From an uncultured Gammaproteobacteria bacterium (GTDB lineage: Bacteria; Patescibacteriota; Patescibacteriia; Patescibacteriales; UBA12465): DNA of 64,000 nt. A program made the translations under genes and the position numbers. A model generated the notes under the pieces. The model made no database searches, was not told the DNA's origin, and saw only the letters and a program-made list of their open reading frames with translations. Positions within the stretch are counted from its first letter, which is position 1, and the number at the start of each line of letters is the position of its first letter. The DNA is taken from positions 72,401 to 136,400 of the forward strand of contig CAYYDR010000002.1 in the NCBI GenBank assembly GCA_964470695.1. The letters are read 5' to 3'. This document shows, piece by piece, positions 49,367 through 58,696 of this stretch.

Positions 49367-51436
49367 ATGTCTGAAACCATCAGTAAATTAATTAAAAGAT
49401 CAGGGGAGATTGTTAACTTTGATCAAGACAAAATTAGCAAGGCTATTTATAAGGCCGCTTTAGCAGTTGGGGTTGACGACAGGCATTTGGCCAAGAAATT
49501 AACCGATCAGGTTGTCATGCAGATGAATAAAAAGTTCCATAAGAGCAGCATCCCGGCCGTAGAAGAAGTTCAGGATATTGTTGAGGAAGTATTAATTGAA
49601 AACAAATTAATTAAGATTGCTAAGGCTTATATTTTGTATCGCGATCAGCATAGACAGTTGCGTGATATTAATACCGCTACTTCTGATGATAAGTTAATGG
49701 AAGATTATCTGGGCCGATCCGATTGGCGTCTTAAGGAAAACAGTAACATGAGTTTTTCGGTTCAGGGCCTGAATAATTATATTGCCTCTTCCATTTCCGC
49801 TCGCTACTGGCTTAATAAGATGTACCCGGAAAATATTCGCGCCGCCCATGTTAACGGCGATATCCATATCCATGATTTAGGGTTACTTGCTCCTTATTGT
49901 TGTGGCTGGGATCTTAAAGATCTTTTAATTCGTGGTTTTCGGGGCGTTAACGAGAAAGTTCAGAGTAATGCCCCTAAACATTTCCGCAGCGCTCTTGGCC
50001 AAATTATAAATTTCTTTTATACCATGCAAGGGGAGGCGGCTGGCGCCCAGGCCTTCGCCAATTTTGATACTTACTTAGCGCCTTTTATCCGTTATGATAA
50101 GTTAACTTATAAAGAAGTAAAGCAGGGGCTTCAGGAATTCATGTTTAATATTAATGTCCCGACTCGCGTTGGTTTTCAGACTCCTTTTACTAATGTTACT
50201 TTAGATGTTACTCCGTCGCCGATGATAGGCGAGGAAAGCGTGATTATCGGTGGTGAAGTAATGCCGGAAAAATATAAAGATTTTCAGGCGGAAATGGACA
50301 TGTTTAACCAGGCCTTTGCCGAAGTTATGTTGGCTGGCGATTCAACGGGACGCGTTTTCGGCTTCCCAATCCCGACTTATAATGTTGATAAGGATTTTGA
50401 TTGGGATAGAGAATGTTTAAAACCGGCTTGGGAGATGACCGCTAAATATGGCATCCCTTACTTTTCTAACTTCGTAAATTCGGACATGAACCGCGATGAC
50501 GCTCGTTCTATGTGTTGCCGGCTTCGTTTGGATAATAGAGAATTACGTAAGCGTGGCGGCGGCTTATTCGGCGCTAATCCTCTAACAGGATCGCTGGGCG
50601 TAGTAACTATTAACTTAGCTCGCATCGGTTACTTATCAAAGAGCCGGGAAGAGTTCAAGAAACGCCTAACTGATTTAATGGAAATTTCTAAAGAGAGCTT
50701 AGAAATAAAGCGCAAAATTATTGAGAAGTTTACTGATGATAGATTATACCCGTACTCCATGTTTTATCTAGACAATATTAAGGAGCGCTTTGGATCTTAT
50801 TGGAAGAATCATTTTTCTACTATCGGTATCAACGGCATGAATGAAGCGGTTGAAAATTTAATGGGCAAGGGAATTGCTACTCCGGAAGGGCACGCTTTTG
50901 CGGCTGAAATATTGGATTTTATGCGCGAGAGATTAATGGATTTTCAGAATGAAACCAATAATCTTTATAACTTAGAAGCGACTCCGGGCGAAGGTTGTAC
51001 CTATCGTTTCGCCAAGAAAGATCAGCAGCTTTATCCAGGCATTATCTGCGCTAATACCGATGCGGTTAAAAAACAGGGAGCTGACCCTTACTATACCAAC
51101 TCCTCTCATTTGCACGTTAGTTTCTCCGATGATATATTTTCCGCCCTTGATTTGCAGGATGACTTACAGATTAAATATACCGGCGGCACAGTTTTACACG
51201 GTTATTTAGGTGAGCGTCTGCCTAACGGCGAGGCCGCCAAGAAATTAGCCAAGAAAATTGTTGAGTCTTATCGTTTGCCTTATTTCACTATCACCCCGAC
51301 TTTCTCCATTTGCCCTAAGCATGGTTATTTATCAGGCGAACATAAATATTGTCCGAAATGCGATGACGAAATTGGCTATCAGGAAAATATTGCCGACGTC
51401 CGTTCCGCTAATAATCTTGAGCAAAAAGCCCTTTAA
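49367..51436 (+). CDS. nrdD: anaerobic ribonucleoside-triphosphate reductase (class III), large fragment lacking the glycyl-radical motif
   Basis: N-terminal ATP-cone, SMCCRLRLD active-site loop, and a C-terminal zinc site CPKH...CPKC. The ORF stops 25 codons after CPKC with no RVxGY motif. Confidence 0.9.
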   Translation: MSETISKLIKRSGEIVNFDQDKISKAIYKAALAVGVDDRHLAKKLTDQVVMQMNKKFHKSSIPAVEEVQDIVEEVLIENKLIKIAKAYILYRDQHRQLRDINTATSDDKLMEDYLGRSDWRLKENSNMSFSVQGLNNYIASSISARYWLNKMYPENIRAAHVNGDIHIHDLGLLAPYCCGWDLKDLLIRGFRGVNEKVQSNAPKHFRSALGQIINFFYTMQGEAAGAQAFANFDTYLAPFIRYDKLTYKEVKQGLQEFMFNINVPTRVGFQTPFTNVTLDVTPSPMIGEESVIIGGEVMPEKYKDFQAEMDMFNQAFAEVMLAGDSTGRVFGFPIPTYNVDKDFDWDRECLKPAWEMTAKYGIPYFSNFVNSDMNRDDARSMCCRLRLDNRELRKRGGGLFGANPLTGSLGVVTINLARIGYLSKSREEFKKRLTDLMEISKESLEIKRKIIEKFTDDRLYPYSMFYLDNIKERFGSYWKNHFSTIGINGMNEAVENLMGKGIATPEGHAFAAEILDFMRERLMDFQNETNNLYNLEATPGEGCTYRFAKKDQQLYPGIICANTDAVKKQGADPYYTNSSHLHVSFSDDIFSALDLQDDLQIKYTGGTVLHGYLGERLPNGEAAKKLAKKIVESYRLPYFTITPTFSICPKHGYLSGEHKYCPKCDDEIGYQENIADVRSANNLEQKAL

Positions 51437-51489
51437 TCCAGGCATTTGTAATTTATCTAATTATTATCTATAATTTAAGTAATAATCAT

Positions 51490-51624
51490 ATGAGCCCAAT
51501 CCAAACCCAAAGACAGGAATGCATTGTTTACAGCCGTGTCGTCGGCTGGTTGACTCCAGTGAAGAATTATAATCCGGGGAAAGCTTCGGAGTATAAGGAC
51601 CGAAAGACTTTCAAGGTTTGCTAA
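51490..51624 (+). CDS. 44-aa ORF encoding the NrdD glycyl-radical C-terminal motif (detached)
   Basis: MSPIQTQRQECIVYSRVVGWLTPVKNYNPGKASEYKDRKTFKVC matches the NrdD C-terminal pattern (E)VYSRVVGY..PV..WN.GK..E(F/Y).(E/D)RK.(F/Y). It is in a different frame from nrdD and is absent from the ORF track because it is under 60 aa. Confidence 0.65.
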   Translation: MSPIQTQRQECIVYSRVVGWLTPVKNYNPGKASEYKDRKTFKVC

Positions 51625-51668
51625 TAGTTTTATCGTTCCGTTGTTTTATTAATAGCGGACTCTAGTTT

Positions 51669-52400
51669 ATGATTATCGGCGGTTTAGAGAAATTAACCCT
51701 TTTAGACTACCCCGATCATCTAGCGGCTATCATCTTTACCCAAGGCTGTAATTTCCGATGCCACTTTTGCTACAACCCAATGCTTGTCTGGCCCAGTATC
51801 GGGACGGACGGAAAAAATAAAGAAGAAAAAGGTTTTTCACCTCTGTCTCCCGAAAACCTTTTTCTTTTTTTGCGGGAAAGATTTGGCCGTTTAGAAGGGG
51901 TAGTTATTACCGGCGGGGAGCCTACTTTGCATCCTGACTTGCCGGATTTTATTCGTCAAATAAAAGAGATCGGCTATCTAGTTAAACTAGACACTAACGG
52001 CACAAATCCTAAAATGCTGGAAGGGCTCATTAAGTCCCAGCTTATTGATTATATTGCTATGGATATTAAAGCCCCGTTAGAGCGATATAAAGAAGTCGTG
52101 GGGGCCGATATCAACTGTAATAATATTCAAAAAAGTGTTAAGATTATAATGTCTAGCGGCCTGCCTTATGAGTTTAGAACTACGGTTGTGCCCGGTCTTT
52201 TGGCGAGTAATGATTTTGAGGCGATGGGAAAAATTATAGAAGGGGCTAGCAAATGGTATTTACAGAATTTTAAGTCCGATACGGAATTAGTTGATGCTAA
52301 ATTCCAGACCCAAGCCTCTTATAGTTCTAAAGAGATGAAAGAATTCGCCGCTATCGGCCGCCAGCATGTCTCCTTGTGCGAAGTGCGCGGTGATATTTAA
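51669..52400 (+). CDS. nrdG: anaerobic ribonucleotide reductase activating protein (radical SAM)
   Basis: CNFRCHFCYN (CxxxCxxC), VITGGEPTL, and a position next to nrdD. Confidence 0.88.
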   Translation: MIIGGLEKLTLLDYPDHLAAIIFTQGCNFRCHFCYNPMLVWPSIGTDGKNKEEKGFSPLSPENLFLFLRERFGRLEGVVITGGEPTLHPDLPDFIRQIKEIGYLVKLDTNGTNPKMLEGLIKSQLIDYIAMDIKAPLERYKEVVGADINCNNIQKSVKIIMSSGLPYEFRTTVVPGLLASNDFEAMGKIIEGASKWYLQNFKSDTELVDAKFQTQASYSSKEMKEFAAIGRQHVSLCEVRGDI

Positions 52401-52419
52401 ATAAGGTTAATATTTAAAT

Positions 52420-52653
52420 ATGGAAAGTAAAAATGAGTTGCAAGAGCTAGCTAAATTAACTAAAGATAATTTACAGCGCAGCGAAGAAATTTTAGCCATT
52501 GCTAAAGATATTAAAAAATATATTAGATTAACACAGCTCTGGACTACGTTTCGTTTATTGCTAATTGTTATTCCGATTGTTCTTGGTCTTATTTATTTGC
52601 CTCCTTTAGTTAAGGATATACTGTCTTCCTATAAATCACTCCTAATCCCATAA
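52420..52653 (+). CDS. small membrane protein (77 aa)
   Basis: A coiled N-terminus and one TM helix. Its stop lies 1 nt before the next ATG, suggesting translational coupling. Confidence 0.5.
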   Translation: MESKNELQELAKLTKDNLQRSEEILAIAKDIKKYIRLTQLWTTFRLLLIVIPIVLGLIYLPPLVKDILSSYKSLLIP

Positions 52654-52654
52654 T

Positions 52655-54664
52655 ATGAAGGACATAGCGGTTTTTGCCCAGACAACTTATCGCAACGAAT
52701 TTAAAAAATTCGGAATTAAAACTGACGACCGCCGCCGCCATATGTATTTGATTGGGAAAACCGGCATGGGCAAATCAACTATTTTAGAAAACATGATAGT
52801 GGATGATATCAGGGCGGGGCATGGCGTAGCTGTAGTTGACCCGCATGGCGATTTAGCGGAAAAGATTATTGAGTTTATTCCGGCCGATAGGATTCAGGAT
52901 GTTGTTTATTTTAATCCTTCGGACATAAATTTCCCGATTGCTTTTAATGTTGTAGAACAGGTGGAACCGCATTTACGACATTTAGTCGCTTCAGGCTTAA
53001 TCGGCGTTTTTCAAAAACTTTGGGCCGATTCCTGGGGACCACGCTTAGAATATATTTTACGTAATGCCGTTTTAGCGATTTTGGATTTTCCGGGATCCAC
53101 TCTGTTAGGCGTTGTTCGTATGCTATCCGATAAGAATTATCGCAAGCGGGTAGTCGCTAACATTAAAGATCCGGTTGTTAAAGCTTTTTGGGAGAGGGAA
53201 TTTTCCGGCTATGCCGATAAGTTTGCAGCTGAGGCGGTCTCCCCTATTCAGAATAAAGTCGGCCAGTTTTTATCCAGTTCTTTAATGAGAAATGTTATCG
53301 GCCAGGTTAAATCTTCTATTGATATCCGCGACATCATGGATAATGGCAAGATTTTAATCATGAATTTATCCAAAGGCCGCATTGGCGAAGATAATTCGGC
53401 ACTCCTAGGCGCGATGATGATCACTAAAATTCAATTAGCGGCCATGAGCCGGGTTGACGTGCCGGAAAAACAGCGCCGCGATTTTTATCTTTATATTGAT
53501 GAGTTTCAAAATTTTTCTACGGACTCCTTTGCTAATATTTTGTCAGAAGCCCGTAAATATCGCTTAAATTTAATTTTAGCCCATCAGTACATTGAACAGT
53601 TAAGCGAAAAGGTTAAGCCAGCTGTCTTTGGTAACGTTGGTACGATGGTCGTTTTTCGGGTTGGTGCAGCTGACGCGGAAGAACTAGTTAAGGAATTTAC
53701 GCCGACATTCACGGAAGAGGATATTGTTAACCTGCCTAAATATGAAATGTATTTAAAACTGATGATAGATGGCATCGCCTCCTCGCCTTTTTCGGCCAAA
53801 GGTCTGCCTCCCTTAACTGAAGAAGAGAAAACTGGCAACACTCAGAAAGTTATTGATTATTCTCGGGAAAAGTATGCTTCAGGGCGAGAAGAGGTTGAAG
53901 AAAAGATTATGAGCTGGCATGAAAATTATGATGAGTCAACGGTCAATAAAGAGGTTAAGAATATTCCGACTGTCTTCGCATCAGTTCAATCAGAAGCGCG
54001 CCCTCAGGCCGCTCCAGCGAGCTTAGTGGTCAGAGAAACTACGACCACTTCTACTTCTACTTCCACCTCAGCCTCTGTTTCTGCTCCGGCCGCCGCGCCT
54101 GTTCCTAATAAAATTACCCCTCGTCCTGCCAACCAGTCTTCTGCCGAGCGCCCCGTGGCGGCGACGGCTACCACCCGTCCCGTTTTAGGTCAGAATTCCA
54201 CAACTACTAAATCTAGTACCCAGTCTTTCCGCCAGTCGGTTAAAAGCGGCTATGAGGCTACCTGCGCTAGCTGTGGTCAGGCGACCATGACGGTGTTTAA
54301 ACCAGATGGTGTTAGGCCGGTTTATTGTAAAGACTGTTTAAGTAAAAAAAAAGAGGAAAAACGGCAGGAGCTAGAGAAGCGACAAGCCGCTAAGGCTGAA
54401 GAGCGCCGTCGTCTAGAAGATACTGAAACAGCAGTTTCTAAAGTAGCTGCCCCGTCTTTATCGCTTAATGATTTAAAGACCATGGCGCCGCGTGATTTTC
54501 GCGGTCGGGCCATGCCTATTCATCCCGCCGCCGCTAAAAATGACGAATCAGCTAGTAGCGGAATAAAGAGCGCTCCTGTTAATTTAGGGGGAGCTGGTCA
54601 TCATAATGAGGAAAAAGAATTAAAAGAAGGGGAAGATATTCTCATTACCAATAATAGTTATTAA
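52655..54664 (+). CDS. VirD4/TraD-like (type IV coupling protein-like) P-loop ATPase with low-complexity linker and C-terminal CxxC-x17-CxxC zinc ribbon
   Basis: Walker A GKTGMGKST, Walker B LYIDEFQNF, and LILAHQY. The tail CASCGQATMTVFKPDGVRPVYCKDC has exactly 17 residues between its CxxC pairs. Confidence 0.75.
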   Translation: MKDIAVFAQTTYRNEFKKFGIKTDDRRRHMYLIGKTGMGKSTILENMIVDDIRAGHGVAVVDPHGDLAEKIIEFIPADRIQDVVYFNPSDINFPIAFNVVEQVEPHLRHLVASGLIGVFQKLWADSWGPRLEYILRNAVLAILDFPGSTLLGVVRMLSDKNYRKRVVANIKDPVVKAFWEREFSGYADKFAAEAVSPIQNKVGQFLSSSLMRNVIGQVKSSIDIRDIMDNGKILIMNLSKGRIGEDNSALLGAMMITKIQLAAMSRVDVPEKQRRDFYLYIDEFQNFSTDSFANILSEARKYRLNLILAHQYIEQLSEKVKPAVFGNVGTMVVFRVGAADAEELVKEFTPTFTEEDIVNLPKYEMYLKLMIDGIASSPFSAKGLPPLTEEEKTGNTQKVIDYSREKYASGREEVEEKIMSWHENYDESTVNKEVKNIPTVFASVQSEARPQAAPASLVVRETTTTSTSTSTSASVSAPAAAPVPNKITPRPANQSSAERPVAATATTRPVLGQNSTTTKSSTQSFRQSVKSGYEATCASCGQATMTVFKPDGVRPVYCKDCLSKKKEEKRQELEKRQAAKAEERRRLEDTETAVSKVAAPSLSLNDLKTMAPRDFRGRAMPIHPAAAKNDESASSGIKSAPVNLGGAGHHNEEKELKEGEDILITNNSY

Positions 54665-54669
54665 GATTT

Positions 54670-55242
54670 ATGTATTTATTTTTTGATACGGAAACGACCG
54701 GGTTGCCGAAGAATTATCAAGCGCCGCTTGATGATTTTTTGAATTGGCCGCGCATTGTCCAGATTGCCTGGAGCCTTTATGATAATGAAGGTAACCACTG
54801 GGAGAGCCATAATTATATTATTCGTCCGGACGGTTTTGTTATTCCGCCTGAGTCAACTAAAATTCATCGTATTTCTCAAGAGAAGGCCTTGCAAGAAGGC
54901 AAACCTATTATTGAGGCTCTCAATCATTTTCTGCGGGATGCGGCCGGCTCTGATTACTTAGTCGCCCATAATATTGATTTTGATGAGCATATTGTCGGTT
55001 CGGAATTATTGAGAGGAAAGCTGCCCAATCCTTTTGCCACGGCTAAAAAAATCTGCACCATGAAATCAAGCGCCCAATTTTGCCGGATTGATAATGGGCG
55101 AGGTGGTTATAAATGGCCCAATTTAACCGAGCTCTATCAGGTTTTATTCGCTAAAAATTTCCCTGACGCTCATGACGCTGTTTTTGATGTTAGGGCTTGC
55201 GCCGAATGCTTTTTTGAGCTAAAAAGAAAGGGCGTCCTGTAG
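54670..55242 (+). CDS. DEDDh 3'-5' exonuclease (DnaQ/epsilon-like)
   Basis: Exo I FFDTETTG, Exo II AHNIDFD, and Exo III HDAVFDV. Confidence 0.8.
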   Translation: MYLFFDTETTGLPKNYQAPLDDFLNWPRIVQIAWSLYDNEGNHWESHNYIIRPDGFVIPPESTKIHRISQEKALQEGKPIIEALNHFLRDAAGSDYLVAHNIDFDEHIVGSELLRGKLPNPFATAKKICTMKSSAQFCRIDNGRGGYKWPNLTELYQVLFAKNFPDAHDAVFDVRACAECFFELKRKGVL

Positions 55243-55255
55243 GGCGCCTTAATAT

Positions 55256-56854
55256 ATGAGCGAAACTATTAATTATTTAAAGATTGGCAAAGCCTCTGAT
55301 TTATCAGGCCGGGACTATAAAATTTATCGTCTTTTGGAGATTTTGCCCGGTTTTTTATCTATTGCTACCTTAGTAGTCTTAACCGCCCTGTCCTATTTAA
55401 AGCCGGTCTGGGTGGCTTATTTTATTATTGCCTTTGATGTTTATTGGCTTCTGCTTGTTATCTACATGGCGATATTTTTAATTACTTCTTATCGCCAATT
55501 GCAAATTGGGCTCAAGACTGATTGGCGGGCGGCCTGTGAAAGGTTAAAGGTAGGTGATTTTAGTAAAGAAAAAGTTGCCGCTGATTCCCTAGCTAAGAGG
55601 GGTATTACTTGGGATAGTTTGTGGCAATTAATAATATTACCGAACGTAAATGAGGATTTAAGTATTATCAGGACCGCTTTAGCCTCCCTGCTGGATGACG
55701 GTTTTCCCGCTGACAGAATGATTATTGCTTTAGCGATGGAAGAAAGGGCAGGCCAGGAGGCTAGAGACAGGGCAGAAATTATGCGTCAGGAGTTTGCTTC
55801 TAAGTTCGGCCGGTTTATTATTACTTATCATCCCGACGGAATAGGGGGCGAGCTAAAAGGCAAGGGCGCTAATCAGGCTTGGTCGGCTAAAGTAGTACAA
55901 GAAAAGATTATTGATCAAGAAAAATTAGACCATGATTTAATTTTAATTAGCGTTTTTGATATTGATACGATTGTTCGGCCGGGTTATTTTTTTGCTTTAA
56001 CTTATAAATTTTTGACGGTTAGCGATCCATATCATACTAGTTTCCAGCCTGTGCCGGTTTATCATAATAATATTTGGAGCGCGCCTTTCTTCTCGCGCGT
56101 GGCAGCCTCATCTAATACCTTTTGGCAGATGATCATGCAAATTAGGCAGGAGAGCCTAGTCACCTATTCTTCACATTCCATGACTTGGCGGGCTTTAGTA
56201 GAAATTGGTTTTTGGTCAACTAAGAATGTTTCTGAGGACTCGCGTATTTTTTGGCACTGTCTGATGTATTACAACGGTCATTACCGAGTGGAGCCGATTC
56301 ATTATGAAGTATCAATGGACGCGACTCATGATGAAAGCTATCTGAAAACCGCTCGCAGCTTATATAAGCAGCAGCGTCGCTGGGCCTGGGGCGGGGAAAA
56401 TATTCCTTATTTATTATTTAATACCGGCAAGCGCTGGAAGAATAAAGATTTAGACAAAGGCAGAATCATTGGACATATTCTTATCCAAATTTATGGTTTT
56501 CACGCTTGGGCTACTAACGCGCTTATAATTGCGGTAATTGGCTGGCTGCCTATGCTTCTGGGAGGAGATAGGTTTAACTCCACGGTCTTATCCGGCAACT
56601 TGCCAGCTGTTACGCAGAATTTAATGAGCGTTGCCATGGTTGGTTTAGTTTTATCCGCTGTTATTTCCGCCCTGCTACTACCAAAAAAGCCGGCCAAATA
56701 TGGGGCCGGCAAGAGAGTACTTATGACTTTAGAGTGGGTTGCTGTTCCGATAACAATAATTATTTTTGGCGCCGTGCCCTGTTTAGAGGCCCAGCTCAGG
56801 CTCATGACCGGGAGATATATGGGATTTTGGTTAACTCCGAAATCACGATCTTAA
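55256..56854 (+). CDS. membrane-embedded family 2 glycosyltransferase (processive type)
   Basis: Flanking TM helices, a FDIDT (DxD) motif, and QQRRWAWG (QxxRW). Confidence 0.75.
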   Translation: MSETINYLKIGKASDLSGRDYKIYRLLEILPGFLSIATLVVLTALSYLKPVWVAYFIIAFDVYWLLLVIYMAIFLITSYRQLQIGLKTDWRAACERLKVGDFSKEKVAADSLAKRGITWDSLWQLIILPNVNEDLSIIRTALASLLDDGFPADRMIIALAMEERAGQEARDRAEIMRQEFASKFGRFIITYHPDGIGGELKGKGANQAWSAKVVQEKIIDQEKLDHDLILISVFDIDTIVRPGYFFALTYKFLTVSDPYHTSFQPVPVYHNNIWSAPFFSRVAASSNTFWQMIMQIRQESLVTYSSHSMTWRALVEIGFWSTKNVSEDSRIFWHCLMYYNGHYRVEPIHYEVSMDATHDESYLKTARSLYKQQRRWAWGGENIPYLLFNTGKRWKNKDLDKGRIIGHILIQIYGFHAWATNALIIAVIGWLPMLLGGDRFNSTVLSGNLPAVTQNLMSVAMVGLVLSAVISALLLPKKPAKYGAGKRVLMTLEWVAVPITIIIFGAVPCLEAQLRLMTGRYMGFWLTPKSRS

Positions 56855-58527
56855 GCTCGTTTAATAATCCGAACCGTACCGTGATTGGCCCGCACTTCAA
56901 TCAAGTCGTTATCATGGATGAGTTGAGTGGCTATTTTGGTGCCGATTATGCAAGGTTTATTTAACTCCCGGCTGACAATGGCCGCGTGGCAAGTAATGCC
57001 ACCTTCATTAGTGACAATTCCGGCCGCCTTCTTCATTAATGGTAAGAATTCAGGACGAGTCATGCCGCTGACTAGTATTTCTCCTTCCGTAAATTTTTTA
57101 AAATCATCTTCACCTAAAATAATTTTTGCCCGACCCCTGACATAACCCTGGGAAGCGACCTGACCGTAGATTATATCGGTCTGGTTTTTTTTATGGCTTA
57201 ATTTTTGCTCCCATTCATTGCGCAGAGATTGCGCTTGCGCGCCAATAAATATTTTGTAGCCATCTGGGCGCACGGCCGCGATTATTCCTTCTTCGCGTCG
57301 TTCAGCTAGCTGGTTAAGTCCAATGGAGCCGGCTAGTACCGCCGCTATTTCTTCGGTATTGAGATATTTTAGATATTTTTTGGCGATTCCGGTTCTGGTC
57401 TCTAAAGCGCTAAGAACATGATCAGCTAAAACAAAGTACATTAGGTTCATCATTTTGCGATATTCTCTCATGTAAGTTAATTTTTGAAAGAAGAATAGCG
57501 GGTTGGCTGTCCAATGATATTTTTTTAGGATTTTAGTAATCGCTTTTTCTTGATCAGCCCCGTAATTCTCCAGATGATGGTATTCTTGCCGAAAAGATTG
57601 GCTGGCGGGGCGGTAAGACATTATTTCCGCGATAACTTCATCCCGAGTTAGGGGATTATATCGGGCATAGTTGGATTTGTAGTAAGAAAATTTTTTAATA
57701 TGTTCCGTTACTAGAGGACTGCTTTGCAATGCGGCTTTAATCTGACGTTTAGTCTGGTGTTGCAAATTATTGGCGATTTTCATGAGATCTAATTTTTTCT
57801 CATTATTAAAAGTTAATTCTGTCGGGGTAATGAGAGTATAAATTTCTTCAGTGCTTAATTTATAGCGGTCGGATATTTTTTTTATTTCTAGTTGATCAAA
57901 GCCGGCGTCAAAAGCATCAATAGAAACGCTAAAGGACCAATCAGAGAAATGGGCATCGGAAATTTCTTGGGCCAAATTTTTAAGAGCCTGGTTATTTAAA
58001 GCGGTAATTTGTTCGGCCGTCGTGGTTTGGAAGAGATTAATTATTTTCAGGGAAGCCGCTAAATAAGATTGGTAGAGGGCCTGGATTTTTTCGGGCCGCT
58101 TGTAATCACGGTAAATTTCTTCGGCGAGCGTAAACAGCTGATCTTTATAAAAATAGGCCCAGAAATAATCTTTCTGGAAGTAGAAGTCAATTAGCTGGTA
58201 GCTATTTTTAAAATATTGGGAGTTAAAGCTATTGCAGGATAGGATGCCGGGCCACATAAAATAAAGAGTTCCTTCTCCTTCCTGGCGGTAGACCTCGCCG
58301 CCACCAGTTGGTTTGTTTTTAGATTGGTCCGGGACGAACTCCAGGATATCTTCTATTTTCCAGCCGTAGGTAGCACAGAGCTTATTAAGGGTAGGGAATT
58401 TCAAACCAGCAATTTGTCCCTTAGTTAAAGACATTATGGTGTTGCGGTTTATCTTAGTTTCTCTAGCAATCTCGGCCGCGTTTTTTTCTAATTTAGCTAT
58501 TAAAGCGGCAATTTTTATTTTTATCAT
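56851..58527 (-). CDS. fusion protein: N-terminal XRE-type HTH, unknown central region, and C-terminal PEP-utilising-enzyme mobile (swivel phosphohistidine) domain
   Basis: The N-terminus IARETKINRNTIMSLTKGQIAGLKFPTLNKLCATYGWKIEDILEF is HTH-like. The C-terminus GIVTNEGGITCHAAIVSRELNKPCIIG matches the GGxTxHAAIVxRE motif. Confidence 0.75.
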   Translation of the reverse strand: MIKIKIAALIAKLEKNAAEIARETKINRNTIMSLTKGQIAGLKFPTLNKLCATYGWKIEDILEFVPDQSKNKPTGGGEVYRQEGEGTLYFMWPGILSCNSFNSQYFKNSYQLIDFYFQKDYFWAYFYKDQLFTLAEEIYRDYKRPEKIQALYQSYLAASLKIINLFQTTTAEQITALNNQALKNLAQEISDAHFSDWSFSVSIDAFDAGFDQLEIKKISDRYKLSTEEIYTLITPTELTFNNEKKLDLMKIANNLQHQTKRQIKAALQSSPLVTEHIKKFSYYKSNYARYNPLTRDEVIAEIMSYRPASQSFRQEYHHLENYGADQEKAITKILKKYHWTANPLFFFQKLTYMREYRKMMNLMYFVLADHVLSALETRTGIAKKYLKYLNTEEIAAVLAGSIGLNQLAERREEGIIAAVRPDGYKIFIGAQAQSLRNEWEQKLSHKKNQTDIIYGQVASQGYVRGRAKIILGEDDFKKFTEGEILVSGMTRPEFLPLMKKAAGIVTNEGGITCHAAIVSRELNKPCIIGTKIATQLIHDNDLIEVRANHGTVRIIKRA

Positions 58528-58679
58528 ATATAAAAGCTTATTGTATTGGTATTATATTAGGATTTTATTAGGGCTTTGTCAATATATCTCTTAAAATATG
58601 CTTAGTATACTAAGCATATGTTATAAAAATAGCTAATATCAGCCTAGGGAAATAAAATTTTCCGGTCCAGATTTTTTTA

Positions 58680-58688
58680 TGCTATAAT
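58680..58688 (+). promoter_or_regulatory. extended -10 element TGCTATAAT, 8 nt before the ATG
   Basis: TGnTATAAT at 58680-58688, with ATG at 58697. Confidence 0.35.
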
Positions 58689-58696
58689 ACAAATTA

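Noticed and set aside
51371-51516. A self-splicing intron or an intein as the cause of the nrdD split.
   Set aside because: About 146 nt is far below the size of group I or II introns, and I see no conserved intron core. An intein would be in-frame without a stop codon. The observation itself is kept as a finding, but these two mechanisms are unlikely.
56850-56855. Overlapping convergent stop codons inside CTTAAG at the junction of the glycosyltransferase and the HTH/PEP-domain gene.
   Set aside because: The 4-nt overlap is real, but it is probably just genome compaction. No regulatory structure is evident.
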